Shown: positions 41,801 to 59,539, counted from the stretch's first letter. The stretch is 64,000 nt of DNA from Chrysomallon squamiferum (GCA_012295275.1 CM022667.1:14880001-14944000); one strand, 5' to 3'. Made by a program: numbers and translations. The notes: generated from the sequence alone by a model not told the origin.

Positions 41801-42290
41801 GTGTGAGAGATGTTCACAGATATATTTAGAGTTATTGCCCTTGTGTGAGAGATGTTCACTGATATATTTATAGTTACCACCTTTGAGTGAGAGGTGTTCA
41901 CTGATATATTTAGAGTTACCACCCTTGTGTGAGAGATGTTCATCGATATATTTAGAGTTACCGCCCGTGCGCCCGTGTGTGAGTATATAACTGTATTCAT
42001 CATCTGTTTTGTGCTGATGAGAAGTATGAGCCTGTCATGTTTTGGCAATTTCTTCAAAAATACTGTATTACTAAATACAAAGCAACAGACTGATAAAATG
42101 TAAAAAACTGTACAAAGGCTGTATTTTTAATGGCTATTTCTTACTGGGTATCTTTCCACTCTTAACATAATCAGTTTTTTATCATCACAATAATCTACCT
42201 TGATCCTAGAATTTCGTGGGGCACACCTGAGCCTCTCTCCAGGTAATCCAGTACACCCGGGCAACCGGGCACACCCTTTGAGAACCACTG

Positions 42291-42337
<47 letters not shown>

Positions 42338-42668
42338 TGGGTTACTATTATCACTATTACTACTACTATCTCAACCACCACTTTTACTACTATTACTTCT
42401 TCAACTTACATATACATACTGAAAGTTTTTTTGTATCATTTTCATCATAATTACTTGCATTAAATTTTAATATTATTTCTGCTACTACTACTACTACTAC
42501 TGCTACTACTACTACAACTACTACTACTACTACTACTGTTCATCATATTTTTACTTTTTCCAGTTTTCGTATCATGACAAGAAAAAGATGCCACCACCAA
42601 ATGCCCCAGCAAGGAAGAAGAAACACTACACATCCATCAGCCAGGAGACATTGGACACACTCAAGTGA
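23453..42668 (+). CDS. SOWAH: SOWAH/sosondowah-family ankyrin repeat protein, ~484 aa, 17 predicted coding exons: 23453-23603, 23942-24003, 24366-24650, 25405-25575, 26069-26128, 26980-27081, 28073-28084, 28543-28545, 28903-28905, 29592-29681, 30088-30090, 30351-30353, 30805-30877, 31267-31347, 39774-39809, 40188(or 40182)-40402, 42564-42668
   Basis: Manual splicing gives GT-AG at every intron and consistent phases from ATG to TGA. The product has the SOWAH N-terminal domain (VKEFMLSNGGRVKNHQLVNYFRRFL...REKFKDFVNELS...ILVLKKK), LEPEEREW, ankyrin motifs TALHWAAKNG and GYTALHMAAIHGH, and RDYSGKKAKQYL. Confidence 0.9.
26218..26430 (-). repeat. Dispersed repeat, copy A (related to 48503-48780)
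   Basis: Conceptual translations align (VFHCNKVSRLQMVTTDINEFVQWISFLMEQRFIFYIF vs VFHRNDVGRLQTVTVDINEFITWILFLSEQRFIFYIL); both copies share tgaggcaaa/tgcctcat motifs. Confidence 0.8.
26711..26982 (+). repeat. 39-bp minisatellite (6 full units plus one 30-bp unit) overlapping the acceptor of SOWAH exon 6
   Basis: Unit ttgatgttacatgttttaa(c/t)aagtactgtgtattttcag; AG ends at 26715, 26745, 26784, 26823, 26862, 26901, 26940 and 26979. Confidence 0.95.
27123..27372 (+). mobile_element. 5' fragment of a Tigger/pogo-like DNA transposon (truncated transposase N-terminus)
   Basis: 27278-27370 encodes MDPKKVSADDSAEKKKLMMSIELKHEIIEKH, resembling the start of the psq-type HTH of Tigger transposases, and then breaks off into low-complexity sequence. 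Confidence 0.7.
28073..28084 (+). CDS. SOWAH: SOWAH 12-nt microexon encoding DFTN
   Basis: Long polypyrimidine tract ...ttttgcag | GATTTCACAAAT | gtaagtaa; supplies the conserved DF after AKLK. Confidence 0.88.
28543..28545 (+). CDS. SOWAH: SOWAH 3-nt microexon encoding Gly
   Basis: ttttttctttctttttctttttcatgctttgaaatacag | GGT | gtaagtag; supplies the G of DFxxGYT. Confidence 0.8.
28903..28905 (+). CDS. SOWAH: SOWAH 3-nt microexon encoding Tyr
   Basis: tactgatctgtgctgtgtgttcatttcatcag | TAT | gtaagtaa; supplies the Y before TALHW. Confidence 0.8.
30088..30090 (+). CDS. SOWAH: SOWAH 3-nt microexon encoding His
   Basis: tttttcattttcctctcatcaaaatatcag | CAT | gtaagtat; supplies the H of RSHGGYT. 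Confidence 0.8.
30351..30353 (+). CDS. SOWAH: SOWAH 3-nt microexon encoding Gly
   Basis: Branch-like tactaaat near 30305, then ttttgttttgtttcatattaccacaaatag | GGG | gtaagtac; supplies the first G of HGGYT. Confidence 0.8.
31348..31475 (+). CDS. SOWAH: Putative alternative terminal extension of SOWAH exon 14 (42-aa tail, ~408-aa short isoform)
   Basis: The frame stays open past the gtaagc donor at 31348 through GC-richer, coding-like sequence (RKRISSYPDISTP...EPEQSVA) to TAA; the sequence turns AT-rich afterwards. Confidence 0.5.
33030..33134. mobile_element. Terminus of a Tc1/mariner-pogo type MITE
   Basis: Repeated tcgacttataca motifs ending in caagtatatacgg followed by TA, resembling CCGTATATACTCG-type TIRs with a TA target. 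Confidence 0.55.
41099..42290. mobile_element. Non-autonomous hAT (Charlie-like) element in SOWAH intron 16
   Basis: Left end CAGTGGTTCTGAAA; right end reverse-complements to CAGTGGTTCTCAAA (13/14). Flanking 8-mers ttttatgt / atatatgt match 6/8 as a degenerate TSD. Subterminal gggcacac motifs at both ends. Confidence 0.75.
41362..41965. repeat. 42-bp minisatellite (~14 imperfect units) inside the hAT element
   Basis: Unit gagagatgttcactgatatatttagagttacagcccttgggt; period 42 (tttagagtta at 41581 and 41623); some units are internally deleted. Confidence 0.92.
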
Positions 42669-42832
42669 GATTTTAAATACAACTGTTTTAAGGGCAGAGC
42701 TTTTATGTTATAGGGGTGGGTGGGTGTGAAAGGGTTGAAGAGAGTTTAGAGCTGAAACCAGAAAGTTTCTGGTCGAGATTTGAGTATTTGTGGGTTAAGG
42801 AGAGGGAAGGTACTGAAGTTGTTAGCTATATC

Positions 42833-42868
<36 letters not shown>

Positions 42869-42869
42869 T

Positions 42870-42961
<92 letters not shown>

Positions 42962-43232
42962 ATGATTGTTAGAAATAGTTTACTTTTTATTATTAATCTT
43001 ATTGCTTTTAGTAATTTTATTATTAATGTAGTAATTTCTTCTTCATATTATTATTATTAAATAAAAGTGATATATTTTTAAGTAAAAAGAATAATAATAT
43101 TAGCAAAAAGATTTCTTTTTCTGAATCAAAACACTTTTTATTAGCAATATTATTTTATAAATAGCTGTATATTTTCCTGATAATATTATTGTCTTTCATG
43201 AAAAATAACTTCATTATTATATTTATTATAAT

Positions 43233-43303
<71 letters not shown>

Positions 43304-45431
43304 CATCATCATTAATATTAATCATTTAAAATAAAGTGACCATATCCAATAAATCTGTACTTTATAGTTTCAAATAATTTTTACTTTTAGGTCTAGCCTC
43401 AAGGTATTATGCAGTGTAACCCTCTAATACCCCACTTACACAGAAATACATACAGCATCTCCAAGATTTTTCTTTCCAAATTTGACACTAAAACACACAT
43501 AACAAATCAAACAAAAATATTTGGATATAGGAAACCTAAAAGATTTTTTTAATAAGGTTATGTCAAAAAACACAAAGGTGTTGTTTAGTAAGGTCATAAT
43601 ATTGTAAAAATTTGATATTATCTCGATCATAGTATGAACTTGACTGGTGATCATAAAAAGTTAAAATTGATTGTCCAGTTAATTTCATATATGCTGCAAC
43701 AAACTGTTAATCCTTGGAACAGAATCTATGGTTTTAGCTTTTAAACATAGTTTATGTTTGATTTTTTTTTATACTGCAAAGAATTTGGAAAGATAATACT
43801 TGGATATTCTTTTATTATAAAAATGTATATATTTGTCCCTACCCAGTTTAATTCTCTAATTAATGTGATTAATCTGGTTAATATTATTTTGTGTGATTTG
43901 TTTTAAATCTGTGGTGTATATAATATTATTTTTAAAAATAATACTTAATCAGATAGTCACAAACACACAGACAGACAGACAGACAGACAGACACACACAC
44001 ACACACACACACAGACATGCACACATTCTAACTTTATGTCCTTTCTTAGTATTTTTTCATGACTACTTTTAACTGCCTTTTAACCCAGAAAAACCCAGAA
44101 AAATAAGAAAATAAACAATTACCCATTACAAGCACAGCTAGCTTAATCCCATAATCCTTCATAAGCTTTTTTATGTTTTGTGTCACTGTCGCTCTCTGCT
44201 TACAAAAAGAAAAAGAAAAGGAAAGAAAAGTTAATGCAGTTTTTAAAATAAAGTATTTGCTTCACGTTTTTGTAAATGTTAGTACAGATGTTTGTTGTAA
44301 CGTTTTTTAACTGCTGCTTGCATTATTTTAATAGTCTTACATAAAATAATCTGCTGAGATATCTTTTTAAAGAATAGAATTATATTATTGTTAATCTTAT
44401 TACTGCTATGATTATTATTATTATTATTATTTAAAATTAAAATAAAAAGTAAATAAATATGTAAAACATTAATGTTTACTGAAATAACCACTCTTGTTTG
44501 TTAACTTTTTATTATATTTTATTTTATTTTTCAGTGAATTTGACCAGAACTGGACAATACCAAAATCAGGATCAGATCCATCACTTTCAGCCATTAAACA
44601 AACTTTCATTTGATTAAACTCACAACAGTGCTTTGAGATTATTGGACTATACATTAACAGACACACCCTCCTCTAAAACAATTAACCAATCAAATGAAAC
44701 TATTCCATTACTGCTGCATTTCGATCCATGTCATTGGCTTGGTTGCTTTTTCAAACTGTATAATGAGATCAGGAGACTAAATATTGTTTTATAAATCAAA
44801 TTAGCCAGCCAAAGGAGAATATTCCTAAAAATACAATATTCAAATTGTATAATTGGTTACTCCATCTCAAGTTATTAAACACAGATTTCACATTACTGGC
44901 CTAGTCAGTATGGTATATTTTCCTAAACTGAGTATATTCTGTTAAAATAAATCCTGTTTTGAGAAATTGTCTCAAGTGTTAAACATAGGAAGGTTGTACA
45001 AAGATAAGCATTTCTGTTACATAAACATTGTTATATTATCAGTGCTTTACAATTATTTCTTGTTTTTTTTGTTTTCTTTCTTTCTTTCTTTATTACCTCT
45101 TGTTTATGTACTGATTATCAAGGAAATTAAAAGAGATAGTTATGGACAGAGTTACTTTTTTGTTTCTGTGAACATTTTGAACATGTACACAGCAAAAAAA
45201 CCAAAGAATGTGTCTTCCATGACTCATTTGTGTAATATTATCACCATGTTGTGTGTTTAATGATGTAGATAATTGTATATTGATATCATTATGTGGTGAT
45301 TAAAGAACATTTTTTTTTAGAATTTAATGTAAACAAATTATTTTATAAATAGCTGTATACTTCCTGATATTATCATTGTCTTTCATGAAAAATAACTTCA
45401 TTATTATTATTAATATTATTATTAATATTAA

Positions 45432-45482
<51 letters not shown>

Positions 45483-46885
45483 GATCATTGTTATTACTAT
45501 TATTATTTCACTCCATAAAAATAAAAAATAAAATAAAATAAAATAAAATATGTGTATATATATATATATAGCTTATTATAAAAATATATTTTGAATATAA
45601 ATGATTATATTGTACAGTTGAATTAGTAGAATTAATTAGATTTGATATTCCAAGGATGTTTAAAACATAACAATACAAAAATTTCAAATTATTGCTATTT
45701 ACCATCACCAAATTTCAAAAAAATAGAACAAATCGGTATTAATCAAATCCTTGGGAAAACCACTGAGAAATTTGTAATGAAGAATCCTGGGGTGAGGGAA
45801 CTTCATTTTAACCCTAAGCACCACCAGACACAACAGACAATGATGATGATGATGGTGATGATGAAGATGAATCAAATCTCAGTGATCTAATAAAACCAAT
45901 AAATGTATCCAAGTTGATTTTATTTTAATTAAGATATAATCAAGGCAAAAACAATTTTCGATGCAGATAATCAAATGTAGATAATAAAAATAATTACATA
46001 TATATACATCATTAATGTTCATTACAGTTAACTGTGTCTGATGCCAAAGCTCTGGAAATTAGGTATTGAACATATTGGTTATTATGCTTTTGTAATTGAA
46101 TCTGAATCAAACACCCACATAATGGTCCACCCACCTGAGCTGGGTAAAAATAGTTACCTGTGTAATAATAGCTGTGAAATTATTACTGTTGCTGCTAGTG
46201 TTATTTTTTTGTTTCAGATTAATACAATTGCAATTATCAATATTGAATTCTATATCACATATTATTATTATCATTATTATTATTATTATTATTATTATTT
46301 ATTATTATTATTATTATTTTTATTATTGTTATTATTATTATTATTATTACTGTTATTATTATATTTTACTTTTTAGATATATTAAATATATAAATAAAAA
46401 TATATATATATTTTTTATCTGATTTTAAGATAATTGGCTGGTATAAATTGTGCATGACGATATTTCACACAATATTTTGTTATTTATAATTATTTATTGA
46501 TAAATTAATAGCATTTTAAAGAGGTATTGATTAAGAAATAAATGTACTGTGTAGGTTTTATTGGCAGACTGGTGAAGAAAATTGCATGGATAATGTATCA
46601 TGCAAAAAAAAAAAAAAATGTACATTTTGTGTTTTATCATCGAATGATTTCATTACAATAAAATGTTTTCTGCTTTTGTTTTGATCTTTTGTTATCACTG
46701 AAATATTTCTTTACAACCAACTGTTTTGATTTTGTTTCAGTTTCTGATTTCATTTCAGTTCAAATGTTATTCTCAAACAATTTTAGCTTTTGTTTAGAGT
46801 GTTAAAAGGTCACAGGATCAAATCTTTGTGCTAGCATTTGGAATCTTCAGAAGTGTATTATGTTAGATAGCATTTCTATTTTTTA

Positions 46886-46921
<36 letters not shown>

Positions 46922-46940
46922 ATAACAGAAATACTGGTTT

Positions 46941-47041
<101 letters not shown>

Positions 47042-47785
47042 AATGCTTGTTTATTTATTTATTTATTCCTTATAAACTTATTTGTTTATTTATTTCAATG
47101 TTCATTATTACCATCATCACTGAAAGCTGCCTTCAGGTTCTGTGGGTTCTAGGATCAATTCTCTTTTGTTCTACTAACTTTTCCAGATAGTTTTCAGCAA
47201 CCTGTATATCAAACTCCATGGTATGTTGTGTTCTCTTTATGGGAAGGTTGACATGAAGGATGCATTATTCATATTCTGACAGCAACTATCTGCTTTATCA
47301 TTAAGGAAAGAAAGAAACAACAGTAAAAAATCAAATAAAAGACACCAGAGAAATAAAAAAAAAAAAAAAAAAAAAAAGCAGTATCCTGACTGATAAATCG
47401 TCATTTTTATATCGGGGGAAAACAATCTAGTCATTTATTTATTTATTTATTTTTATATAGTTTGATTTGCAAATCATAAAGTGAGATGTAACTATTTGTA
47501 TTGATAGGTAATTTGAAACAGCACGTAACAATGTATGTCGTTATCCAAGTTTGTTCATTAATTTTATAACAAGTAAAATGATGAAACATTTGTTTATTAT
47601 TTATTTATTAAAATATATTTGTCTAGAAAACAATATTATATACTACGGTAATAAAATATTAATATACATTATATAAATAAAAGTATATGGGTAAACAGAT
47701 ACAGATATGTTGAATATAAAAATCATAGGTAAAAGTTTACATAAATGTAATATTAGCAAAATAGTATTTACATAGCGTAATACAC

Positions 47786-47877
<92 letters not shown>

Positions 47878-48232
47878 ACCTCTTTGTGTCTGACCAGTTC
47901 GCATTCGCTCATACTGCATTTAAATAAATACACAAATCCACAATAAACACGTTTACACTAACAGTAGTCTAAGTAGTAATAAAATATATTTCGTAATTAA
48001 ACACAGATGAAGTACATAAGCAGTGGTAAACTGTAATGTCAACTACAACAATAACAATAACAACAACAACAACAACATCAACAATAACTAATAAGCAGAA
48101 AACACAGCAACAGCAGTAGTAGTTTTAGTAGTGGTAGTGAGGCAAACAATTATTTTATAAGAATAAAATAATACACATTTTGTAATATAGCATTTTATCA
48201 ACAAAGCGTCAAAGACGTGAGCTAAGGCTTCT

Positions 48233-48804
48233 TCACACTGGATGATTTCCCTGTGGCGGAATCTGTTTTATAGGTATGACAGAGCCTTTAGGCTGTTGGT
48301 AGGTGGGGTTTGAAATTGGAGACAGCTGGTGACCACAATGCACTTGAGCTCGAAGTCGTAAAGTTTCAGAAGGTGGCGCTGTTGGCTGCATTGGTAAGCT
48401 AACGTATGCTGTGAATGTAAAGATAATGAAAGAACTATTTAAAGGATATGAAATGCTATATATATATATACATACATACATACATACATACATACATACA
48501 TACATGGCCGTAACTAGACTATAAGAAATGAGGCAAAAACGGATGTCTTTGAAGTACAGTTATGTCTTTCATCGCAACGATGTCGGTAGACTTCAAACGG
48601 TAACCGTGGACATAAACGAATTCATTACGTGGATATTGTTTCTGTCGGAACAGAGATTTATATTTTATATTCTTAAAATGAAGTCTATGTATATAGAAAA
48701 AAGAAGAAATTAATTGGGTTTTTTTTGTTTTTTTTAAATCGTCAAAAAAGGTATCAGACATTTTCCTCATTTGCCTCATATGTATATATGTGTAGACACA
48801 TACA

Positions 48805-48892
<88 letters not shown>

Positions 48893-49044
48893 CTGACCAG
48901 CATTTCTGCTGTTTTCTCTGTTTCTCTTTCTGCAACACATAATGATAACACAGCAGACGACAGTTATCAACACCCCGCCAAAAACAGCGCCCACGATTAC
49001 ACCAATAAACACCAGTTTGGAAATGAGCATGGTGTCTGACGACA
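48233..49044 (-). CDS. Small single-pass membrane protein; exons 49044-48898 and 48408-48233 (at least 102 aa from ATG 49030; upstream exons uncertain)
   Basis: tttcag acceptor, TM segment LVFIGVIVGAVFGGVLITVVCCVIIMCC followed by RKR, phase-1 donor gtcagt joining a phase-1 acceptor (cacag) into AYVSLPMQPTAPPSE...NPTYQQ...GNHPV-stop. Confidence 0.65.
48503..48780 (+). repeat. Dispersed repeat, copy B (MITE-like, begins catggccgtaactag)
   Basis: Similar to 26218-26430 in opposite orientation; internal inverted motif atgaggcaaa...tttgcctcat. Confidence 0.8.
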
Positions 49045-49072
49045 CTGAAATAACAAAACTATTAATATTAAC

Positions 49073-49103
<31 letters not shown>

Positions 49104-49357
49104 GTTATCAGTTTTATTTTTTAAGTCAACTGAAAAACAGTAACAAAAGAAATAGCCATATTAATGGTATAAAGAAAGGTGAGAGAGGGAAAAAAAAAGA
49201 AGACAAAGAAAAAGAAAGTATTAAAAATATAAAATTCTAAATAAATAAATAAATAAATAAATAAAAGAGAAACAAATAAAGAGACAGATATAGACAACGA
49301 TACAGACAGGCAGGGATAGATAGACATAGAAATCAGAGACTGATAGATAGATAGATA

Positions 49358-49400
<43 letters not shown>

Positions 49401-50543
49401 GGTAGGCAGACAGACAAACGACAGACAGACAGAGAAAGACGGAGAGAGATTGTGGTAGGTATACTGATTATCTTACTGTTGTTGTTTTTGCTGCTGTTGC
49501 GTTTATGATTTAATCACCTGCATGTATTTGTAATGGGTCCATTGAATGAAACCAAACGTTCGTCTCTTGCAGACGTGGTAGCTTATAATGTAGATTTAAT
49601 ATCGCTGTAATGTGAACACAGATTTTTTATTTCTGTTTGGCTTAGTTTCCTTCTGTTCAGCTAGGGCGGAAAAATGCGTCTACTAAAAGGCTACAATAAA
49701 AAAAAAAATATATAAAATAAAGGACTGAATAATAACCTTTGTAAATAATAAAACATACAATACAAACTGAGAGTAAGATTTTTTATTATTATTTTTCAAA
49801 TCATTATTTCGTCAAAATAAATAGTAGTAGTAATAATAATTTGAAGAAAAAATGGACGTGTTATTGTCAAGTCTATCTTCAAGAAATGATTCGAAAAACT
49901 ACGCATGTACATATATGGAGGTATAAGTCTCGCGACTGACAACATCACAGATCACGTGATATATGTATATGAGTATTACTAACCTAATAAAAAAGGAAAA
50001 TCTCAGTATTATCAACAAATAAAAGAAAACGATAAAGATAAAAACCAAAGAGAAACAGTTCTGTTAATCACACATTTAGCAGTTTAAATAAATAAATAAA
50101 AATAAAATAATTGATGTAAAACGAGAAAATCATGTCCTTTACCTTTCTGTAGAGCCTCGCAATATTTCACACGAACTTTCAAACAATGCGTTAAAAACAC
50201 GTGTGCGACCGAAATAAACTCCATTCAAGACGTATGTAGTCACGTCTGCTTCACATTAGAGCACGTGACTATCGGACGGATATCATACAATGGATACATT
50301 TAACTATTTCCCCTTTCTGCAAGTTCTACACGAATTTTAATTATTATAACAACAACATTATTACATCAGGTATGAGATTTCGTGTTTCTTTTTTTAATTT
50401 GGTTTTTATTGTTGTATTTATTTATTTATTTATTTATTATTATTATTATTATTCTTACAAATTTTTTTTTTAAACATTTTTTTTTTCTCCCTGAGGAAAG
50501 GTTCTTCTGAATTTTTTTACCTTTTTAAACATCATCCTTCCTT

Positions 50544-50578
<35 letters not shown>

Positions 50579-51912
50579 CGAATTACAAGGAAATATGCCA
50601 TTTCTGACTTATTAACATGCCTGGATCAAGAGACAAAAAAAAAACTCTTTAATCATGAAAATATCATTAATTCTTCTGATTGACCGAACTTGACCGAAAA
50701 TATGATACCAGGATGTGTTCACATGAAAGATTAGTTTCATTAAATCAGCTAATGTATTATAATTAATTAACTATTAATTTTACTAATCCAGTTGTTTCAA
50801 ACATCTTTAGGGTCCTTCACCTTCGATTTCTTTAAATTTTCATCACATCTGATTATGTGCCCTATATTTTTTTCTTTTGTTTCTTTATTATCTTTCTATA
50901 TATATATATATATATATATACAATCACATACACAAACACACAATAATAACTTAAGTAAATATAAATTAATCCATTTATTAACGTTTTATTCTAAAGGATA
51001 TTAACCTTTCATTCACAAATATTTTCATTCATATTTGGACTAACCAGTTATAATTATAATTATAACAACAACAACAACAACTACTACAACAACAATAATA
51101 ATAATAAGAACACAACAACAACAACAACAACAAAAACCAAAATAACAACCATAATGTAAAATGTAACAGTTCATTTTACGTGTTTTTTAAATTCGAATAA
51201 AGACATTTCCGAAGCCTCACGAAAACCTCCGATTAATTAAGGCAACGAACAATTTCTCTCCCTTGACAAAAGAATGACGTAAATTAATCTCAACAACTTT
51301 GACGTTATTAACAAATATCGCGACGGAGGTAAATTATTATTTTTTCTTTTGTTCTTTCTTTCATCGTTATTTAAAGCATAGCAGGTCGTTTATTTTGTCT
51401 TTTTAGGAAGCAAAATTAATATCTTGTTATTCGATCATAACATAGTAGGTCTGTTACGAAACCTTGTCTCATAAGAAAGGATAATTTTGTTAAATATACA
51501 GTATTTGATACAATAATAATAATAATAATAATAATACATCAGTTTTCGTTCGTTGTTCATAATGTAGGAAACAAAACATGTATTACGTAATAAGTGTTAA
51601 TGGAAATTACGCGAATAAGAAAATTATTAAAGAATCATGCGAAAGGCCGTTACCTGGGGAAACACGCTGTTCTTTGGGTACATATCAATATAATATAAAC
51701 GGTAATTTAATTCACATTTTCCTGTCATATACTATCACTGTGTCGCTGTTATAATATGTGTTGCCGTTTCATTTGTATCATTTGTTTAAACGTTAATATA
51801 TATTATGACTCTCTCTGTATTATCGGTGAAGGTAGTTAAGTATTGCTGACAGCTGCTGATATACTTCCTTGTGTTAAGTCCAGGTGACTCTGTATATTGT
51901 CGCTGGATAACG

Positions 51913-51954
<42 letters not shown>

Positions 51955-52051
51955 ATTTTTTTATTGTTGTTGTTGCTACTGAATCTCTTGTTTTATCTAG
52001 TTATTATTTGAACTAGAGGTCGAATTACACCCTAGCAATAATAATAACAAT

Positions 52052-52136
<85 letters not shown>

Positions 52137-52961
52137 TAATAAACAAACACTGTGGAATTAAAATACTGCAAACACCTGTTAAAAACAAACAAAGACAAAT
52201 AATAACAACAATAATATTTTTATTTATTTATTTTTATTTTTTTCTTCATTTCAGTATTTTACATAATTATGCATACATGCTATACATTATAAAGAAATAA
52301 ATGATTTCTACACGGCAAATGATATTATGAAATATACATCTTATTTTCCCAACAATCTTAATTATTTTATCATCATTAACTGTTTATTTAAACGTTTATA
52401 AACCCTTCCCATTATAAGCTGGAGAGCTAAAGGTAGAAAGATCTATAGTTTTCGATATTTCTCATTCTAACAGGAACTCAAAAGAGGTGTTTTAAAAGTG
52501 TAAAAATGTCCTGAAGTGTCACCAGACATTAATTCATTCATTCTTTCTTCATTCCTTCTACCACGCTTTTGTTCCTCCGTTCCTTCGTTCTTTCATTCCC
52601 TAGTTCACTTAATAACTTGTTTTGTTCATTCCTTCTTTATTGTTTCTGTGATTCCTTCATTTGATCATTTATTTATTCATTCATTGTTTCGTTATATTTT
52701 GTTTTTGCTAATTTTTTCAATACTATTTCAGTTTAAAAAGAAATTATGATAAAGAAATTATACTTCCTTTGGAGCCTGATATTATTATGTTTATTTATTA
52801 TTTTTTTTTTGTTATTTATTTATTTATTTATTTTATTTTTTTTTCATTTATTTTTATTATCATTATTTTTTTTATTAATATACTCCTTATTAATATTTAT
52901 TATTGATCATACAATATTATAATAAGTAAAAATAACTCTTACATACTTCAATGTATTTCAA

Positions 52962-53022
<61 letters not shown>

Positions 53023-53465
53023 CATACCCATGCATACATACACACATACACACACATACAATGTATATAGACACCCACAGACAAATAAATACATACAATC
53101 AAACATTCACATGCATGTGTTTAATGCGTGTGTTTAATGAAATAATGCATTTTTGAATGGTAATTTACCAGTTTCAGAAAAATAAGATTTCCTTCTTACG
53201 TGAAAGAATTTAAACACAATATATAAATTAAATATATGTACATTATACAAATGAAAAAAAAAAAAAAAAAAAAGAAAAGAAGATAATACAATTATAATAC
53301 TGATCTGTACACAAACTTATATTAAGACAAACAAATTCTGAAAAAAAAAACGATCTGTCACAAAATCTATATTTATATTTACATTTACAATTATTTTCTA
53401 GTTTACATTACTGAGGAAGTAGTAGTAATCGTAATAATGATGTAATAAGAATACTAATAAGACGT

Positions 53466-53565
<100 letters not shown>

Positions 53566-54421
53566 CCTATTACGAATACTTGAGTCAAAGCAAACCAGTT
53601 TTAAACTAAACTAAATATTATTTTATGTGATGCCGTAGATATTTCAGTGTTGAAAATCACGAAAATTAGTATTTATTTTCAACAGACATTTTTTGTTTAT
53701 CACATCCTTAGAGTCAAGACTTGATATTTCGTGACTTCGCCTCGAATAATCCATACAAACAGATCACTTTTCTCATACTAATGTTTTAATGTTAGCTAGT
53801 AGTCATTTATGACATATTTACTACGTACTTTGAGATCCAGTTATCACTTCGTGTGTGACGTTGGCGTTTTAGAATTTTCCTTTTATACGTCACATTTATA
53901 TCATAACGTCATGTATCTTCCTGACTTTTAACGTTTAACGTCATGTTCAACTCCATGGTAACGTGGTAGGGTCAACGTCATGAACAAATGTCCTTCTTTT
54001 TTCATTTTTTTTTTCAACGTCTGTGACATTAAAATATTGAGATATTTTCGTACTAACTGGCTCTATTCTTCTACCGAAGCAAGTCTATCATTATCTTAAG
54101 AATATTTGTAAGTAATACTGCAAGCGATAACATAATATTTACAATCGTAGTTCATAGAATAAAATAGTTTACTTACGTAGATGAATGTGCGTGTGAGCGT
54201 ATATATGTATGTATATATATATATATATTTGTATATGTATACGGATGCGTATCTAATACAGATACACATATAGACACAAACATGCTGGTGATGGTCAATA
54301 TTGTTGACATAGATTAATATATTTATGAATGGCATTATTCATTATAAACAGTATAATTATTACATTTGGCGCCTGGTTCATTATACATTTTTCAAGCGTT
54401 AACTTCAGCTGTTTAATTTTC

Positions 54422-54472
<51 letters not shown>

Positions 54473-54682
54473 CAACATCATTTATCGTAGTTTTCTTTTG
54501 TCGTAATTTGTAAATTCAGTTATTCATTATTTTTTAAATAATTTGTTAATATAATTTATTATTATTATTATTATTATTATTATCATTATTATTATTACTA
54601 TTATTATTGTTATGATCTTCATCCTTTTATCTGTTTTACTTACTTTACTTGTTTTCTTCTTTTTACTTTGTATTTTACAGGT

Positions 54683-58768
<4,086 letters not shown>

Positions 58769-58897
58769 CTTGTCTGAAATAGAAAAAAAATAAGAACTAC
58801 ATTTTTGTTATCACTACTACTACCGCTGCTACTAGTACTAACTACTACTACCACTAGAGAAAACTACTACTACTAACCAAATTTTTTAATACTACTT

Positions 58898-58958
<61 letters not shown>

Positions 58959-59539
58959 TACTACTACTACTACTACTATTACTACTACTATAAGAACATG
59001 AAAGAAGAGAAAAAGTAAATAATGAGAAAGCCTCTTTCATTTTAAAGAAAAAACCCAACAACAAACAAACAGAAGTAAAAATCAACACACTCATCCCACC
59101 CCCTCGTTTTTCGTTTTAATGTGTGTATTTATGTATCACAGTCCTGCTGGAAAGCCATTGGAGACTTGTTTTGAGCTCTGAGTACACTGTGTAATACAGG
59201 AGCTGAAGCACATTTACCTAGCGCGAGAGAAGAAAGCCAACATGAACGCTCAACTTCGACTGCTACTGCTGCTACTGTTACAGAAAGAACTGCTACTACT
59301 ACTTCTGCTTCTACTACTACTACTACTACTGCTACTACTTTTACTACTAGTACTACTACTACCATTACTGCTAGAGAAGAAAGCCAACATGAACGTTCTG
59401 TGATATTCATTCCAGTTCAGTTAAAGGAAAGAACGATTATTTATAGCAGTTATTATTAATAATAATATTATTACTATTTTTAAATTTTACTTTTACCTTT
59501 ACTACAACAACTATTATTATGTTCACAACTAATATAACG

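Noticed and set aside
41362-41965. 42-bp array as a CRISPR array or a coding repeat (ORF 41773-42057)
   Set aside because: Units are contiguous with no unique spacers, there are no cas genes, and the context is a eukaryotic intron; the open frame simply follows from the period being a multiple of 3.
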